This document shows, piece after piece, positions 35,536-49,026 of a DNA stretch of 64,000 nucleotides. Numbering within the stretch: the first letter of the stretch is position 1; the number at the start of each line of letters is the position of its first letter. The notes beneath the pieces were generated by a model. That model worked only from the letters and a program-made list of their open reading frames with translations. It did not search any database and was not told the DNA's origin. The DNA comes from the human T2T-CHM13v2.0 reference genome, Homo sapiens: NCBI RefSeq assembly GCF_009914755.1, contig NC_060937.1, one strand, 5' to 3'. Made by a program: the position numbers and the translations under genes.

Positions 35536-35893
35536 TGCTGTAGTTGGAATGTTTATGTTTCCCCAAATTCATGTTGAAATCCTCACCCCTCAGGGGATGG
35601 TATTAGGAGGTGGGTCCTTTGAGAGGTGATTAGATTGTCAGGATGAAGTCCTCATTAATGGAATTAGTACCCTTACTCAAGAGGCTCAAGAGATCCCTGT
35701 CCCTTCTACCATGTGACGTTACAGTGAGAAGACAGCCATCAGTGAGGAAGTGGGCCCTCACTAGACACCAAATCTTTTGGTGCCTTGATTTTGGGCTTCG
35801 AGCCTCCAGAACTGGGAGAAATAAATGTCTGTTGTTTTTATAAGCCAGCTAGTTTATGGTATTTTGGTACAGCAGTCTAAATGAACTAAGACA
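35536..35893 (+). mobile_element. MaLR solo LTR (MLT1A/MLT1A0-like)
   Basis: TG...CA ends. ccccaaattcatgttgaaatcc, gcctccagaactgggagaaataaatgtctgttgttt, gaactaagaca. Confidence 0.88.
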
Positions 35894-35999
35894 GACATTC
35901 AATATTGCTTTGTAATTCTACTCTTAACTTGCCATGTTTCCAGAGGACTTTTACACCCACATTCTCAGTTAATATCCTTCATAATTCACCAAGAATAGA

Positions 36000-36700
36000 A
36001 ACTATTAGATTAATCTTCCTCATTTTCCTATTCTCAAACATCACACCCATCTCCTCTCCTTCCTTGTTTTGTACTTGAGATGTTATCTCTCTTTCTATGA
36101 CAGGATATTCCCTCCATTATGCTCTGGCTCGCATCTCTCATCTTCTTATTAGATCCTTCTGTCTCTGGGTTATCCCTTCATTTTGCTTCAGCAACAACTG
36201 GCCTCTCTGTAGGATTATTCTCAATGTCATAAATAATGTTGTAATGTTCATAGTATTTTTAAAAACTCTCTACTCAGATCCTAACACTTCCATTTCTCTG
36301 CTTCCTTTCCTGGTTTAGACATGCTGTCGTCTACTTCCTTATTTCTCATTCTGTCTTTAAAGTATCCCAATATAGTTTCAGTCTCTCACTACTACACCGA
36401 AACTAACCTGATAAGCTTTTCATCAGTGCTATATGTTGTCAGATCTAGCAGATTCTTCTGTATCTCTATTTGTTGAACTCTCAGTGTCATTCTACACATT
36501 TCTGTTTGAAATTCTATCCTTTCCAGTCTTCCATGGCACCACTTTCTCCTAATTTTCCTCCCATTTCATTAACCCAACCCCCTTTTGACCTTCTTCCCTG
36601 GCTCTTTTGCCTCTATATGATTTCTAAAAGTTGGCATACTCTAGGGCTTGATCCTGGATACTTTTTTGTTTTAATCCTTCCTTTAGGGATTTGTTACTTC
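36000..36700 (+). mobile_element. L2 fragment
   Basis: Pyrimidine-rich L2 ORF remnant (cactactacaccgaaact...ttgaactctcagtgtcattctacac...ttccatggcaccactttctcct). Confidence 0.6.
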
Positions 36701-39700
36701 AACCTTTTCTATCCAGAATAATGTTAGCTTAAATGTCTTTAGATATATCCATATGATGGAGTACAGCAGTGAGAAAATGAATGGTTTTCAAGTACATAAT
36801 GTTGAGAAAGAAATCAGAATAATATAATACTAATTTTATAGAATGTGGATACATGTAAAGGTGTAAGGAAAATATAGGAAATGATTAATACAATTTAAGA
36901 TTATGGAGAGGGAAACACAGGATGTGTTGAAGTTACTGATAATGTTTTATTCTTATGCTAGGTTGTTAGTACTCTTAAATATTCTTTAAAATTTTTCATA
37001 TATGTTACATAAACTTCTGTTCATATATTTTACAATTTTAAAAAATAGTTTAGAAATTTGCTTGGCATAGGGCCTGGGCTAAAGTTAGAACTCAATATAT
37101 GAGAGCTATTTTTTTTCATTAGTCTTATCATTAAACACATTTCTTAAGTACCTACTAGGTAGTAGGCTTTGTGATAAGCATTTAAAAATATAACCAAATT
37201 ATGTGTTTCCCGTTGAGGAATTCCCTGTCTTGCACAATGATAGTTACATGTATTGTAAATAAACATCATGAAATTTGGTAGAGTGCTTGTGCATGTTGGC
37301 AAGAAGAAAAAATGAACTAATATCATCCTTTATAATTCAGCCGGATGTCCTTGGTATAAGAGGTTGAGAGCACAGAAAACAAAGTTTCAAACCACAACTG
37401 TACATTGTTCAGTCTGAGATTATCATAATGATTGGGTTCTATTAACTATTTGGTTAAGATGTAAAATTATGTAATAGTGTGGTGAGAGGAAAAATGGTGG
37501 ATTAAGGAACTTAAAAATTTTGTCCCTTCATAAAGGTAGCAATAAAACTGGCCTTCAAAAAATGATCAAAGTCAACTTTTTCAGGACTCGAGAAACTAAT
37601 CAAAAGATCACAGTAACCTGAGTTACTTAAAAAAAGAGAAAAAAAAGCCAAATGTTAGTAATAACAGCAAGCATTTTGGTGTTTAACTTATGCCGTTTCC
37701 ATACCTTGCTCCCTAGTTCAGCAGTAGTGTTGAAAAGAACACGCCACATTCATGGTATGGGAAAGAGCAGAATGGACCTTATTTGCAGATTATCCTTATT
37801 TGATCTGTCTGATAGCTCCCAGGAAAACCCATTTAAAAAACCGGCCTTTATCTTGCCTGTTATGGAACTCACCCTCTACTGGGGTGGGGGTGGGGAATTT
37901 ATTTAAAACATTTACCTGTCATTGCTACATGAAGCAATGGGTAAAAGTTGGAGCAAACAATAAACTAACCAGAAAGCTTTGGAAGAAAGGTTGGGAATGA
38001 GATGTTCATAAGGACTTTGAAAAGCTCTTACATATTTCTGGGAATCTAGAAGGCTCTGTGCATGTTTAGGACTGTGTGCATGTTCATGAATGAACAGAGA
38101 GACCGTAATCTCTCACCTCTGCCTGACCTTGAGGATCTGAGCAAGCAGGGAATGAAGGCAGAAGCAAAGTTAGAAGCTGCCTAGCTGAGTGTCCAAGACA
38201 TGTCCCAACAGACACACAGAGTCCTTCAGCAAAGACTGAGCAATTTTTTGGTTTAGGCATTCAAGGAACTCTTCATCTAATCATTAGTTGACAATTAAGC
38301 TAATGAATCGGACACATAAGTGGTTACACATGACAAAGAATATAGATTTTACAGAATGAATTCATGAAAGTCACTAAAATATAATCACAGCTATAAAAGG
38401 CAGCAACAACAAACAGGGTGGGGCAAGAGAATCTAATCTGATTTCCAACAGATAGCCCAGATATTGAACTTATTAGACAAAGATTTTAACTATTTTAAAT
38501 ATGTTCAAGGATTTAAGGAAACCAAGTCTGAAGAACTAAAGTATGAGAAGAGTGTCTCACCAAATACAGAATATAATAAAGAGATACAATTATAAAAAGG
38601 AAGTTTTTAATACATTTATAATTTTAAAAGTTTAAAGTTACACTTTATAAAAATTATGAAAAACTTATTTGGACATGAGAATTAGTACACAGAATAAATA
38701 ATACACTATAGGGGATAAAAGCAATTTTGAGCAGGCAGGAGAAAAAACTCAGAAAACTTGAAGGTGGGTCAATTGAGATGTTCCAGTTTGAGGAAAAGGA
38801 AGAAAAAAAAATGAATGAAAGAAAATAGCCTCAGAGGCCTGTGGAGCACCGTCAACAATACACAAACAATAGGAGTCTCAGAGAAAAAGAGAAAGAGTCT
38901 GAAAGAATATTTGAAGAAATATTGTCAGGATACTAGAAATTTGGTGTAAAACATTACACATCCAAGAAGTTCACTGAGCTCCAAGTCGGATGAACTAAAA
39001 ATATGTACACTGGGACACATCACAATCAAACTGTTATAAGCCAAAGGCTAAGAGGGAATCTTGAAAACACCAAGAGAGAGGTAATTCATCACGTACAAGT
39101 GATCCTCCATAAGATGAATATCCTAATTTCTCATCAGAAACTGTAGAAACCAAAAGGCATTAGCTGGTATATTCAAAGAGCTCTGGGCGGGGCGGGGGGC
39201 GGCAGTGGCGGGGGAACATATCTGTATCTGGCAAAACTGTGAAAACATAGGAGAAATTAAGACATTCCCAGATGAACAAAAACTGAGAATTCATTGTTGG
39301 CCAACCTGCCCTAAGTGATTGCTCAACGGAGTACTTGGAGCTGAAATGAAAGGACGCTAGACAAAAAAATCACCAAAAGACTTAAAGAATAACAAGGAAA
39401 TCGAACACTCAGTAGCTATTCTAAATCACCTAGATCCCATAGACATCAGTGGAACAATCCACCCAACAACAACAGAATACACATTCCTCTCAAATACACA
39501 GGGAACACTCTCCAAGATAGACCATATGTTAGGCCACAATACAAGTCTCAATAAATTTTAAAAGATTGAAATTATACAAAGTATGTTTTCAACCACAATG
39601 ACATTGTAAATTAATAACAAAAGGAAATTTTTAAAATATACTAACATGTGGAAATTAAACAAGATGCTCTTAACCCAGTGGAACAAGGAAGAAATCACGA

Positions 39701-40287
39701 AGGAAACTAGAAAATACTCTGAGATGAAAGTTTGTAATGAAACACCATACCAAATCTTATGAAATGCAGCAAAAATAGTTCTGAGAGAAATTTATAGCCT
39801 ACCTTAAAGAGAAAGAAATAAATTAACCTAATCAATAACCTTAAGAAACATAAAAGAAGAGCAAACTAAACCTAATGCAAGAAAAAAGGAAATAATAAAG
39901 ATTATAACAGAGACAAAGAAAATGGAGACTAGAAAAATGATATAGAAGATTAATAAAACCAAAAGTTAATTCTCTGAAAGGATAGAAACATTGACTAATC
40001 TTTAGCTGACTGAACAATAAAAAAAAAAAGACTCAAATTACTAAAGTATGAAACGGGACATTACTGAACTTACAGAAATAAGGATAACAGAATTCTATTA
40101 ATAATTATATGCAAACCAGTGGAAGTGGACAAATGAAAAACACAAAGTACCAAAATCAACTCAAGAAGAAATATAAAATCTGAATAGAACTATGGCAACA
40201 AGATGGAGTCAGTAATCAAAAAACTCCCAACAAGAACAAAGCCCAGTGAATTGCTTCCCTGGTGAATTCACTGGTGGTTTCACATCC

Positions 40288-40339
40288 ATGTATAAGTGGA
40301 CCCACGCAGTTCAAACCCGTATTGCTCAAGGATCGGCTG
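40288..40339 (+). mobile_element. Single terminus of a MER8/Tigger2-type DNA transposon
   Basis: gtataagtggacccacgcagttcaaacccgtattgctcaaggatcggctg resembles the MER8/Tigger2 end. Confidence 0.7.
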
Positions 40340-40387
40340 TGTATCCAAAATAAACTCTTGCAATTCAACAATAAAAAGACAACCGAG

Positions 40388-40821
<434 letters not shown>

Positions 40822-43299
40822 TCAAGTTCTTCCTTGAAAAACAAAACAAAAGACAACTAAATTTTAAAGTGTGCCAAGTATTTGAATAGGTAAAGAAGAT
40901 GCACAGATAGCTAACCCTAACCCTAACATGAAAAAATGATCAGCATCATTAGTCATTAGGGAAATGCAAGTCAGAATCACAATGAGATTCTACTTTGCAC
41001 ATACTAAGGTGGCTATAATGTTAGTAATTTTAGAAGCTGGTATGATGTGGAGAAATTGGAACTCCCATATGTTGCTGGTGGGGATATAAAGTGGTACAGC
41101 TGATGTGGAAAACAGTTTAACAAACAGTTCCTCAAAAGAGTTATGATATGACCTAGCAATTCTATGCCTAGGCTTTTACCCAAGATAATTGAAAATTTAT
41201 GTCTACCAAGACTTTTACATGAATATTCATGGCAGCACTTATAATAACTGAAAATTAGAAATAACTGAAATATCCATCAGCTAATGAATGGATAAACAAA
41301 ATGTGGTATATCCATACAATGAAATATTATTCATTTATAAAAAGGAATGGACTACTGAAACATGCTACAACATGGATGAATCTTGAAAACATTATTCTAA
41401 TTAGAAGCCAAGCACAAAAGGCTATATATAATTTGATTCTATTTTAATGAAATCTCCAGAATAGGCAAATCCACAGAGACATATAAGTAGATTAGCAGTT
41501 TCCAGGGGACAGGGAGAGGAACTGATCGGGAAGAGACAGCTAACAGGTACTTTTTGGAGTGATAGAAATGTCCTGGAACTACACAGTGATGATGATTGCA
41601 CAGCATTGAATATACTAAAAGCCACTGGATTGTGCTCTTTTTAAAATGGTAAATTTTATGTTATATGAATTTTTTCTCAAAGTAAATTGCAAATATAATG
41701 GAATTAAAACAGGCCTGTTCTCATGTCTTAATTGTGATCTTTTGTGTTTTTGTGATCTGATGGCCTCTTTTGAAAACCAAAAATTGAGGAATATTTTCCT
41801 TGAACCTGGTGATAGTACTGATATATAATTGTCCAGTCTTGGAATATTTACCAGTTTTTTTATACACTATGGACTTTAAAATAAATATGTAAGTAAAATG
41901 CAGAGTCATATAATAATATTGAATACTTGCAGGTCAGTTAATCTTTCCTAATTTAGTTAAATATGCTGTTTAGAATAATAAATAGGCCTACATATGGTTA
42001 CTTTGGGGCTATAATTATATTAAGCACAATTACCTATCATCTTGAATTTGCATACTTACTTCACCTCTGAGAGAATGTGCTTTGGAAGATAGATAATATA
42101 ATTATGTATTTTTGCAGGTCCAAATATGAAATTTCTATAAACTAGCTGAGAAATGAATGTAATAGTAATAATTAGATTAATAACAGCATATTAGTCTATC
42201 AAATCCAACTACCCTTAATGCCAGTGAATGTTAAAAGTAAAACTTTCTTAGCACTGACAATTTAATAAGTAAAAATAAATGGTACTAAGCTTACAAAAAT
42301 TAGCTGAATTGGGGAAATTGTTGATAAGGCCACAAGTATTAACATGTTATACTTGCTTGCTTTGAGGGTATATAGCATCTTTTGGCAAAGTGTTACATTA
42401 TTGTGAATTTAACAGTGAAAGTTTAAGCCAGTCTAGGATTTCAAAGTTTATAACTTTACTACCAGGAAATTAATTTACTTAAATATGTTCTTTGTTTCCA
42501 TCAATGTCAACATCTGAAATTCCACTGGAGAAGTATTAGCTTTGGCCTACTAAAAGCAAAATGACAAGAAGCAAGAATGCAAGCCAGCATCAAAAATTGG
42601 TCTCCTGTTTTGAGATTGCCCCGAGTCTTTCTGGGGGTATCATTTATATAAGTCTAATTTTCGGGATTCAGGCAAGAGCTGGCCATTGTTGTGCTAGCTG
42701 GGCCTCCAGTGGAATGTAAAATGATAATGAAGATTGAACTGAGGTAGAAAAATGAATTTACCTTAGAAAGGACACCAAAGATTTGATTAGTATTCCACAT
42801 AGTTGCCATACGTATTTAATTGCAGACTAGGAATTTTTCTTGCTTTAAACTATTAGATTCTTTTACAGACAAAGATATAAGCAAGCCAAGCATTAAAAAG
42901 CCAAAAAGGTGCTGCTAAAAAAGAAAATAAACCACAAAAACAGAAAGAACATCTCAATGTACCCTGCCTTTATTCTAAATCTTACAAAAAAGAAAATAAT
43001 TTCTCCACTGAACTATTAATAGGTTAATATAATGAATCATACAATAACAAACCATAATAGAATTTGCATTAACCAAAAAATGTGCAAACACACTACTATG
43101 ATTTACCAAAAGACTCTCTGCAAGTGGTAAATCATTAGCTCTAGTGTTGCTCTTTGTAACGTCAGGTCTTTGGGGAATGGTGCAGAATTAGTATTGCTTC
43201 CTTCTTTCTGTGTGTGATAATGGTGGGGGAAGGCTAGTACCATCTCTGTCATACATCAAATTCCCATATGTGAATAAATTTATGTATTTTTACTGCACT

Positions 43300-46200
43300 C
43301 TTTTTATAGGTTTATTCATTCCTGCACCAACAACGAATGCCATTATTATAACTTTATAGAAAGTCTCAATATATGGCACAGTGCTTCATTTTCTTTTTTT
43401 CATCTAGAGTGCCTTAGCCATTCTTGGCTTTCTGCTGTTCCACAAATAGCAATGTAAATTTGTCAGTATAATAGAGAATCCACTTATATTTCTTCAACAG
43501 CTATTGGGAATATGGTTGGGATTACTTCAACTCTATGTATCAATTTGAGGAGAATTGATATCTTTATAAGATTAATCCAAATCACAGCATGTCAAAATTT
43601 CCTTATTAGGGTAGTTTTAATGTCCTTCAAAAACACTGTAATTTTCTTCATATAGATCTAAGAAAACTTTGGTGTTTATTCCTAAGAAATTTATAGTTCT
43701 TGTTTTGTAAATGATATCTATTCTTAAGTTACACTTAAACTTATTTGTTGCTGTATATAGAAATGGAATTGACTTCTATGTACAGCAGTTGCAAACTGAT
43801 ATTCATATGCAGAAAGTGAAACTAGACCCCTAATGGATAAAAGACTTAAATGTAAGACCTGAAAGTATGAAACTACTAGAAGAAAACATATGGGAAACAC
43901 TTCAGTACCCTGGCCTGGGTGAAGATTTTATGGAGAAAACCTCAAAAGCATAGGCAACAAAAGCAAAAATGGACAAATAGGATTATATCAAACTAAAAAG
44001 ATTCAGCACAGTAAAAGAAATAATCAATAGAGTGAAGAGACAACCTTCAGAAGATATTTGCAAACTATTCATCTGACAAGGGATTAATATTTAGAACATA
44101 CAAGGACCTCAAACAACTGAGCAACAACAACAAAAATATCCAATTTTAAAAATGGGCGAAAGAGCCAAATAAACATCTCTGAAAACCAGACGCAAGTGGC
44201 CAACAGGTATATGAAAAAAAAAAAAATGCTGAACACCGCTAATCATCAGGGAAATGCAAACCAATACCACAATGAGATATTATCTCATTTTGGCTATTAT
44301 CAAAAAGAGAAAAAATAACAAATGTTGACAAGAATGCACAGAAATGGGAATGCATATGCTGTTGTAAATTAGTCCAGCCACTATGGAAAACAGTATAGAG
44401 ATTCCTCTAAAAACTAAAAATAGAACTACCATATGATCCAGCAATCTCACTACTGGGTATATATCTAAAGGGAATTATGGATATGTTGAAGAGACATTTT
44501 ATTTTTACTCCAATGTTTATTGCAGCACTATTCACAATAGCCAAGATATGGAATCAACTTGTGTCCTTTAACAGATGAGTAGATAAAGAAAATGTGGCAT
44601 ATATACGCAGTGGAATACTATTTAGCCATAAAAAATAACAAAATTATCTCATTTGTGCCAACATGGATAACTTGGAGGACATTGTATATTTAGTGAAATA
44701 AGCCAGGCACAGAAATATAAATACTGCATGTTCTCACTCAGGTGAAAGATAAAAACATTGATCTCATAGAAGTAGAAAGTAGAATAATTGATACTAGAGG
44801 CAGGGACATGTAAGGAGATGGGAGTGGGGATAGTCAGAGGTTGGTTAATGGATACAAAAGTACAGCTAAATAGTAGAAATAAGTTCTAGTGTTCTATAGC
44901 ACTGTAGGGTGACTGTAATTAACAACAATCTATTGTATATTTTCAAGTAGCTAGAAGATTTTGAATGTGTCTTACAGAAATGATAAACATTTGAGGTGAT
45001 GGACATGCTGATTACCCTGTTAGATCATTACACATGGATACATGTATCAAAATATCACACTGTACCCCATAAATAAGTAAATTAAAAAATAAGTGGAATT
45101 GATTTTATATGTTGATTATAATAGATCGAGGCACCTTCATAATATTATTTTCCGTGATTTTTCTTTGAGTTTTCTCTATATAGATCTATTTGAGACAAAA
45201 TAAGAGTTTTTTTTTTTTTTTTCTTTGAAGCCTATGTACCCTTTATTTCTTTTTCTTTTCTTTTATGCTGGCTAGAACCTCCAGCAGAATGTTAACTAAT
45301 AGCAATGATAATGGTTACTTTTCTTAATTCAGATTTCAGTATCTCACCATAAAGAATTATACTTGCTCTAAGTTTTCAGCAGATAATCTTTATCAGAGAG
45401 GAAGTTATTTTGTATTCTCACATGCTGTTATTAATTATGAATGGACGTTGAATTTTAAGTGACTTTCAGAATCTATTGAGATGATCATTTGGCTTTTCTC
45501 CTTTATTTGTTAATGTGATGAATTATATTTATAATTTTCCTGGCATTAAATCACTCTTGCATTCCCAAAATAAGCCTAAGTTGATCATATTATTTTCCCT
45601 TTCTGTATAAATCACTGGATTTAGTTTTGTATGTTTTTGTATATTTAGTAGCAACCTTGCTAAATTTACTTATTAATTGTAAGCGTTATTTGTGTATTAT
45701 TTTGTATTTTCTAAATTGGCAAGCACACAATCTATATAATTAGTGACAGTTTTCTTTCTACCTTTTTATCGTTTCTTGCTATGTGGCACTACATAATGTT
45801 TAACCATTTACAGTGTTACAAAGTTGAATAGAAATGGTAATTGCGGTCACCCTTGTCTTTTTCCAAAATGTGGGGAAGGAGAGGAAGCTTTCAATTGTTA
45901 GATAGGTATTTTGTAGATAAGCTTTATCAAATTAAGAAAGTTCCTTTCTGTTCCTGGTGTGTCATGATTATTTTAAATAACAAATAAGTATTGAATTTTA
46001 TCAATTTTTTTTCTGTATCTATTTAGAGATCAATACAGAAAAATAATAGAGAATCCACCTATATTTCTTCAACAACTGTTGGGAATGTGGTTGGGATTAC
46101 TTTGACTCTAAGTATCAATTTGGGGAGAATTGATATCTGTGCCTCCCCCCTTTTACTTACTTAATATGGAGAATTTCAAACATCAGCCTTGCATTTCTGA

Positions 46201-47520
46201 AATAAACCCAGTGGTCATAATGTACTATCCTTTTTATATATCTTTTTATTTTATATGATAACACTTCATTTAGGATTTTTACATCTTTGTTCATGAGAAA
46301 GATTGCCCTGTAATTTTCCTTTGTTTAAAGGTCTTTGTCAGGTTTTGATAACAGGATAATACTGGCCTCATAAAACAAATTGGTACATATTCTCTCTGTT
46401 ATCTGGAAGAATGTAAGATTGTTATTACTTCTTTCTTAAATGTTTAGAAGAGTTTCAAGTAGAGCCAACTAAACCTGGAGATGCCTTTGTGGGAAGGTTT
46501 TTAATTAAAAATCCCATTTTCTAAATAGACGTAAAACTGTTTGGTTGTTCTATTTCTTCTTGTGTCAGTTTTGGTAAATTTTATTTTGCAAGGTATATGT
46601 CCATTTCATCTAACCGTTTTTGTCATAATGTTCTATCATTTTAGTTTTTTAAGGTCTGTAGACCTAATATTGGTAATTTGTGTTTTCTTTCTTTCTTTTT
46701 TTCCTTGGTTAGTCTTGGAAGAATTATGAATTTTATTTATCCTTTCAAAGAACCTATGTTTTACTTGGTTGATTTTTTTTTTATTGTATATTTGTTTTCT
46801 ATTTCATTTATTTTTGCTCTATATTTTTCCTTCCTTTTACTTTCTTGGTATTTTATTTTCTCCTCTTTTTCTTTTCTTGAAATGGAAGCTTATATTATTG
46901 ATTTTCAGACCTTTTTCTGTTGTAATGTATTCATTTAAATATATTTAATGTGTTCATCTGTGTTTCCATCTAAGCACAGGTTTAGCTATATCCATAAGCT
47001 TTTATATGTCATATTTTCATTACCTTTTACTTCAGAAGTATTTGCTAATTTCCATTGTGATTTATTGTTTGACTCATAGATTACTTAGAAATATATTTTC
47101 AAACATATGAATGTTTTCTGGTTATTTTTATATTACTGATTTCAAGCTTAATTCCGCTATAACCAGAAAATGTATTCCTAGTATCATCCTTTTGATATTT
47201 ATTCATACGTACTTTATGGTCCAACATATGATTTGTTTTAGTAAATTGTTCTTTCTAGATTTAGAAATGTTTTCTGTAGTATTGGGTGCAGTGCTCTGCA
47301 TATGGTAAAAGGATAAATTTTGTTAATCTTGTTTAAATCATCTATAGCCTTTCTGATTTTTAATCTGCATAGTGTATCAGCTACTGAGAGATACTTGTTA
47401 AATAACTATGATTGTGGATTTTTCTGTATTTTTAGTTTTGTCAGTTTTTGCTTTATATGTTTTTACGCTATTTCTAGATATATAAATTCTATCTATTATG
47501 ATTTCTTCTTTGAACTATGT
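43300..47520 (-). mobile_element. Old antisense L1M ORF2 fragments (at least two overlapping copies), interrupted by an L1MA
   Basis: tcaatttgaggagaattgatatct, ctattgagatgatcat, aatactggcctcataaaac, ccttgcatttctgaaataaaccc. Confidence 0.7.
43785..45090 (+). mobile_element. L1MA (about L1MA4-8), 5'-truncated, about 1.3 kb
   Basis: ggataaaagacttaaatgtaagacctgaaa. 3' UTR aagttctagtgttctatagcactgtagggtgact...cactgtaccccataaata. Flanking duplication aaatggaattga/aagtggaattga. Confidence 0.88.
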
Positions 47521-48970
47521 GTTACTTAGAAGTATGTTATTTGCATTTTTGCTATTAAAGTTTTTAGCAAGGAAATAAGGCAATCAAATTTGTTCCTTAA
47601 AAAAGAGTCGCTAAGAGACTTCCTTCTGCCATGCCCTCTGATATCTCTCTCTTTCTGTCTCCTATTCCACAGTTTATAAAAATTAACTGTAGACTTACCA
47701 ATTAAGCCAATCACGGATATATGAATTACTGGCAGTTCCATTTGCTTTGATCCCATGGTAAATTAAGCAAATCCTCACAGCATATTGAGGCCCTATTCAT
47801 ATTGTTCACTTATCCTTCTCTCCCAGACCCTGGATTGGGTGAGTGGGATTCTGTTGGTTCTAGCTGATTTTTGAATACTAGCATATGACTTTAATCTCTG
47901 AAAGATCTAGATATCTCATATACTAGAAATAATCTTATTTCACTCACTGAAATGACCTTAATCCCAAAATGTGTTATGGTACTCAATCACATTAACAAGT
48001 TTAAGCAAGTATGTCAGATTGATTTCCAGCTTTTGGTGTTTTAAGATAAAATGTGAATCCTTTTTTTAACTGTATGTTGCAACTTTCCTTCTAGGTGGTT
48101 TCTTGAACAAAATAAAGCAGTTTTCTTACTGGGTAGACATCCTGCTTTAAAAATTATTCATAATCTGGAGCCTAAACTTAATGTAAAACTCTGAGTTTGG
48201 TTTATATCCAATAGCCTAAGGTTTCATAGAATTTTGGTGGTCGGCAAAGGAATTACTGGAATAAAAATATCACAGCTTCTGTGCTGTGTGCAGATACTTA
48301 CTGAGTGTAATGAAGGAATTACTCTCTAACCGAGCACATATTCTGAGCAATTAGGCCAAGTGCCAAAACCATTAAGGCTCAAATGCCAAGTGCCTGTAGG
48401 GAGGGTTCTGTTACAGGATTTAGCAACCCAACCCTTGGCTCACTTACCAGAGGGTGGCACTCCAGGCTTCCTGATAACTGTGCCAGCCTGGCTGAGACTC
48501 AGCAGCTGCCATCCAGCCACTTCTGGCTTCTGGACCCTCTCCCCAGTACTGCCTCTGTCTCCACCCTTCTCGCCCATCTGCCCCTCCATCTGCCTGTCAG
48601 TTGAGCAGTGGCTACACAGTTGGGGACACCTTACATGTTGAGTCATGACTCCCAGCTAACACATTGCATTCACCTTCCCTGTTCCTCCACCACCTACCAA
48701 TACTTCTCCCACTTGGCAACTTGAAAGGAAAGGGTTGCCAATTTCTGTTTCATAACATTTCAGGGGCTTCCATTCAGAGGCTTCTGGAGTATCCTGGCAC
48801 TCAAGGAAACTGGGCATGGAGGTGGAGTAGGGAGAGCCACTCAGAGGATTCTGGGCATCCAGTCACCCCTGGCCCATTCCCAAAAAAACCTGGGGGAACA
48901 AGAGTAGCCTTTGTAACTCCAAATTTCATCAAGATGAGCTGAAATCTGGTTCTGTCATTTCCCCATCCTA

Positions 48971-49026
48971 CCCCATCCCATACTCCCTCCTAACCCCATC
49001 CCATACTCCCTCCTAACCCCATCCCA
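48971..49026 (+). repeat. 23-bp tandem repeat (ccccatcccatactccctcctaa) x2.4
   Basis: Perfect copies at 48971-48993 and 48994-49016, plus a partial third. Confidence 0.93.

Noticed and set aside
41700-43300. Possible extra exons or a processed pseudogene (acceptor-like ttttgcag near 42117, minus-strand donor-like site near 42762)
   Set aside because: No paired splice sites with an open recognisable frame, and no poly(A) plus TSD signature.
45230-46300. Apparent tandem duplication of the L1 RT region
   Set aside because: The two passes are highly diverged from each other and are better explained as separate ancient L1 fragments.
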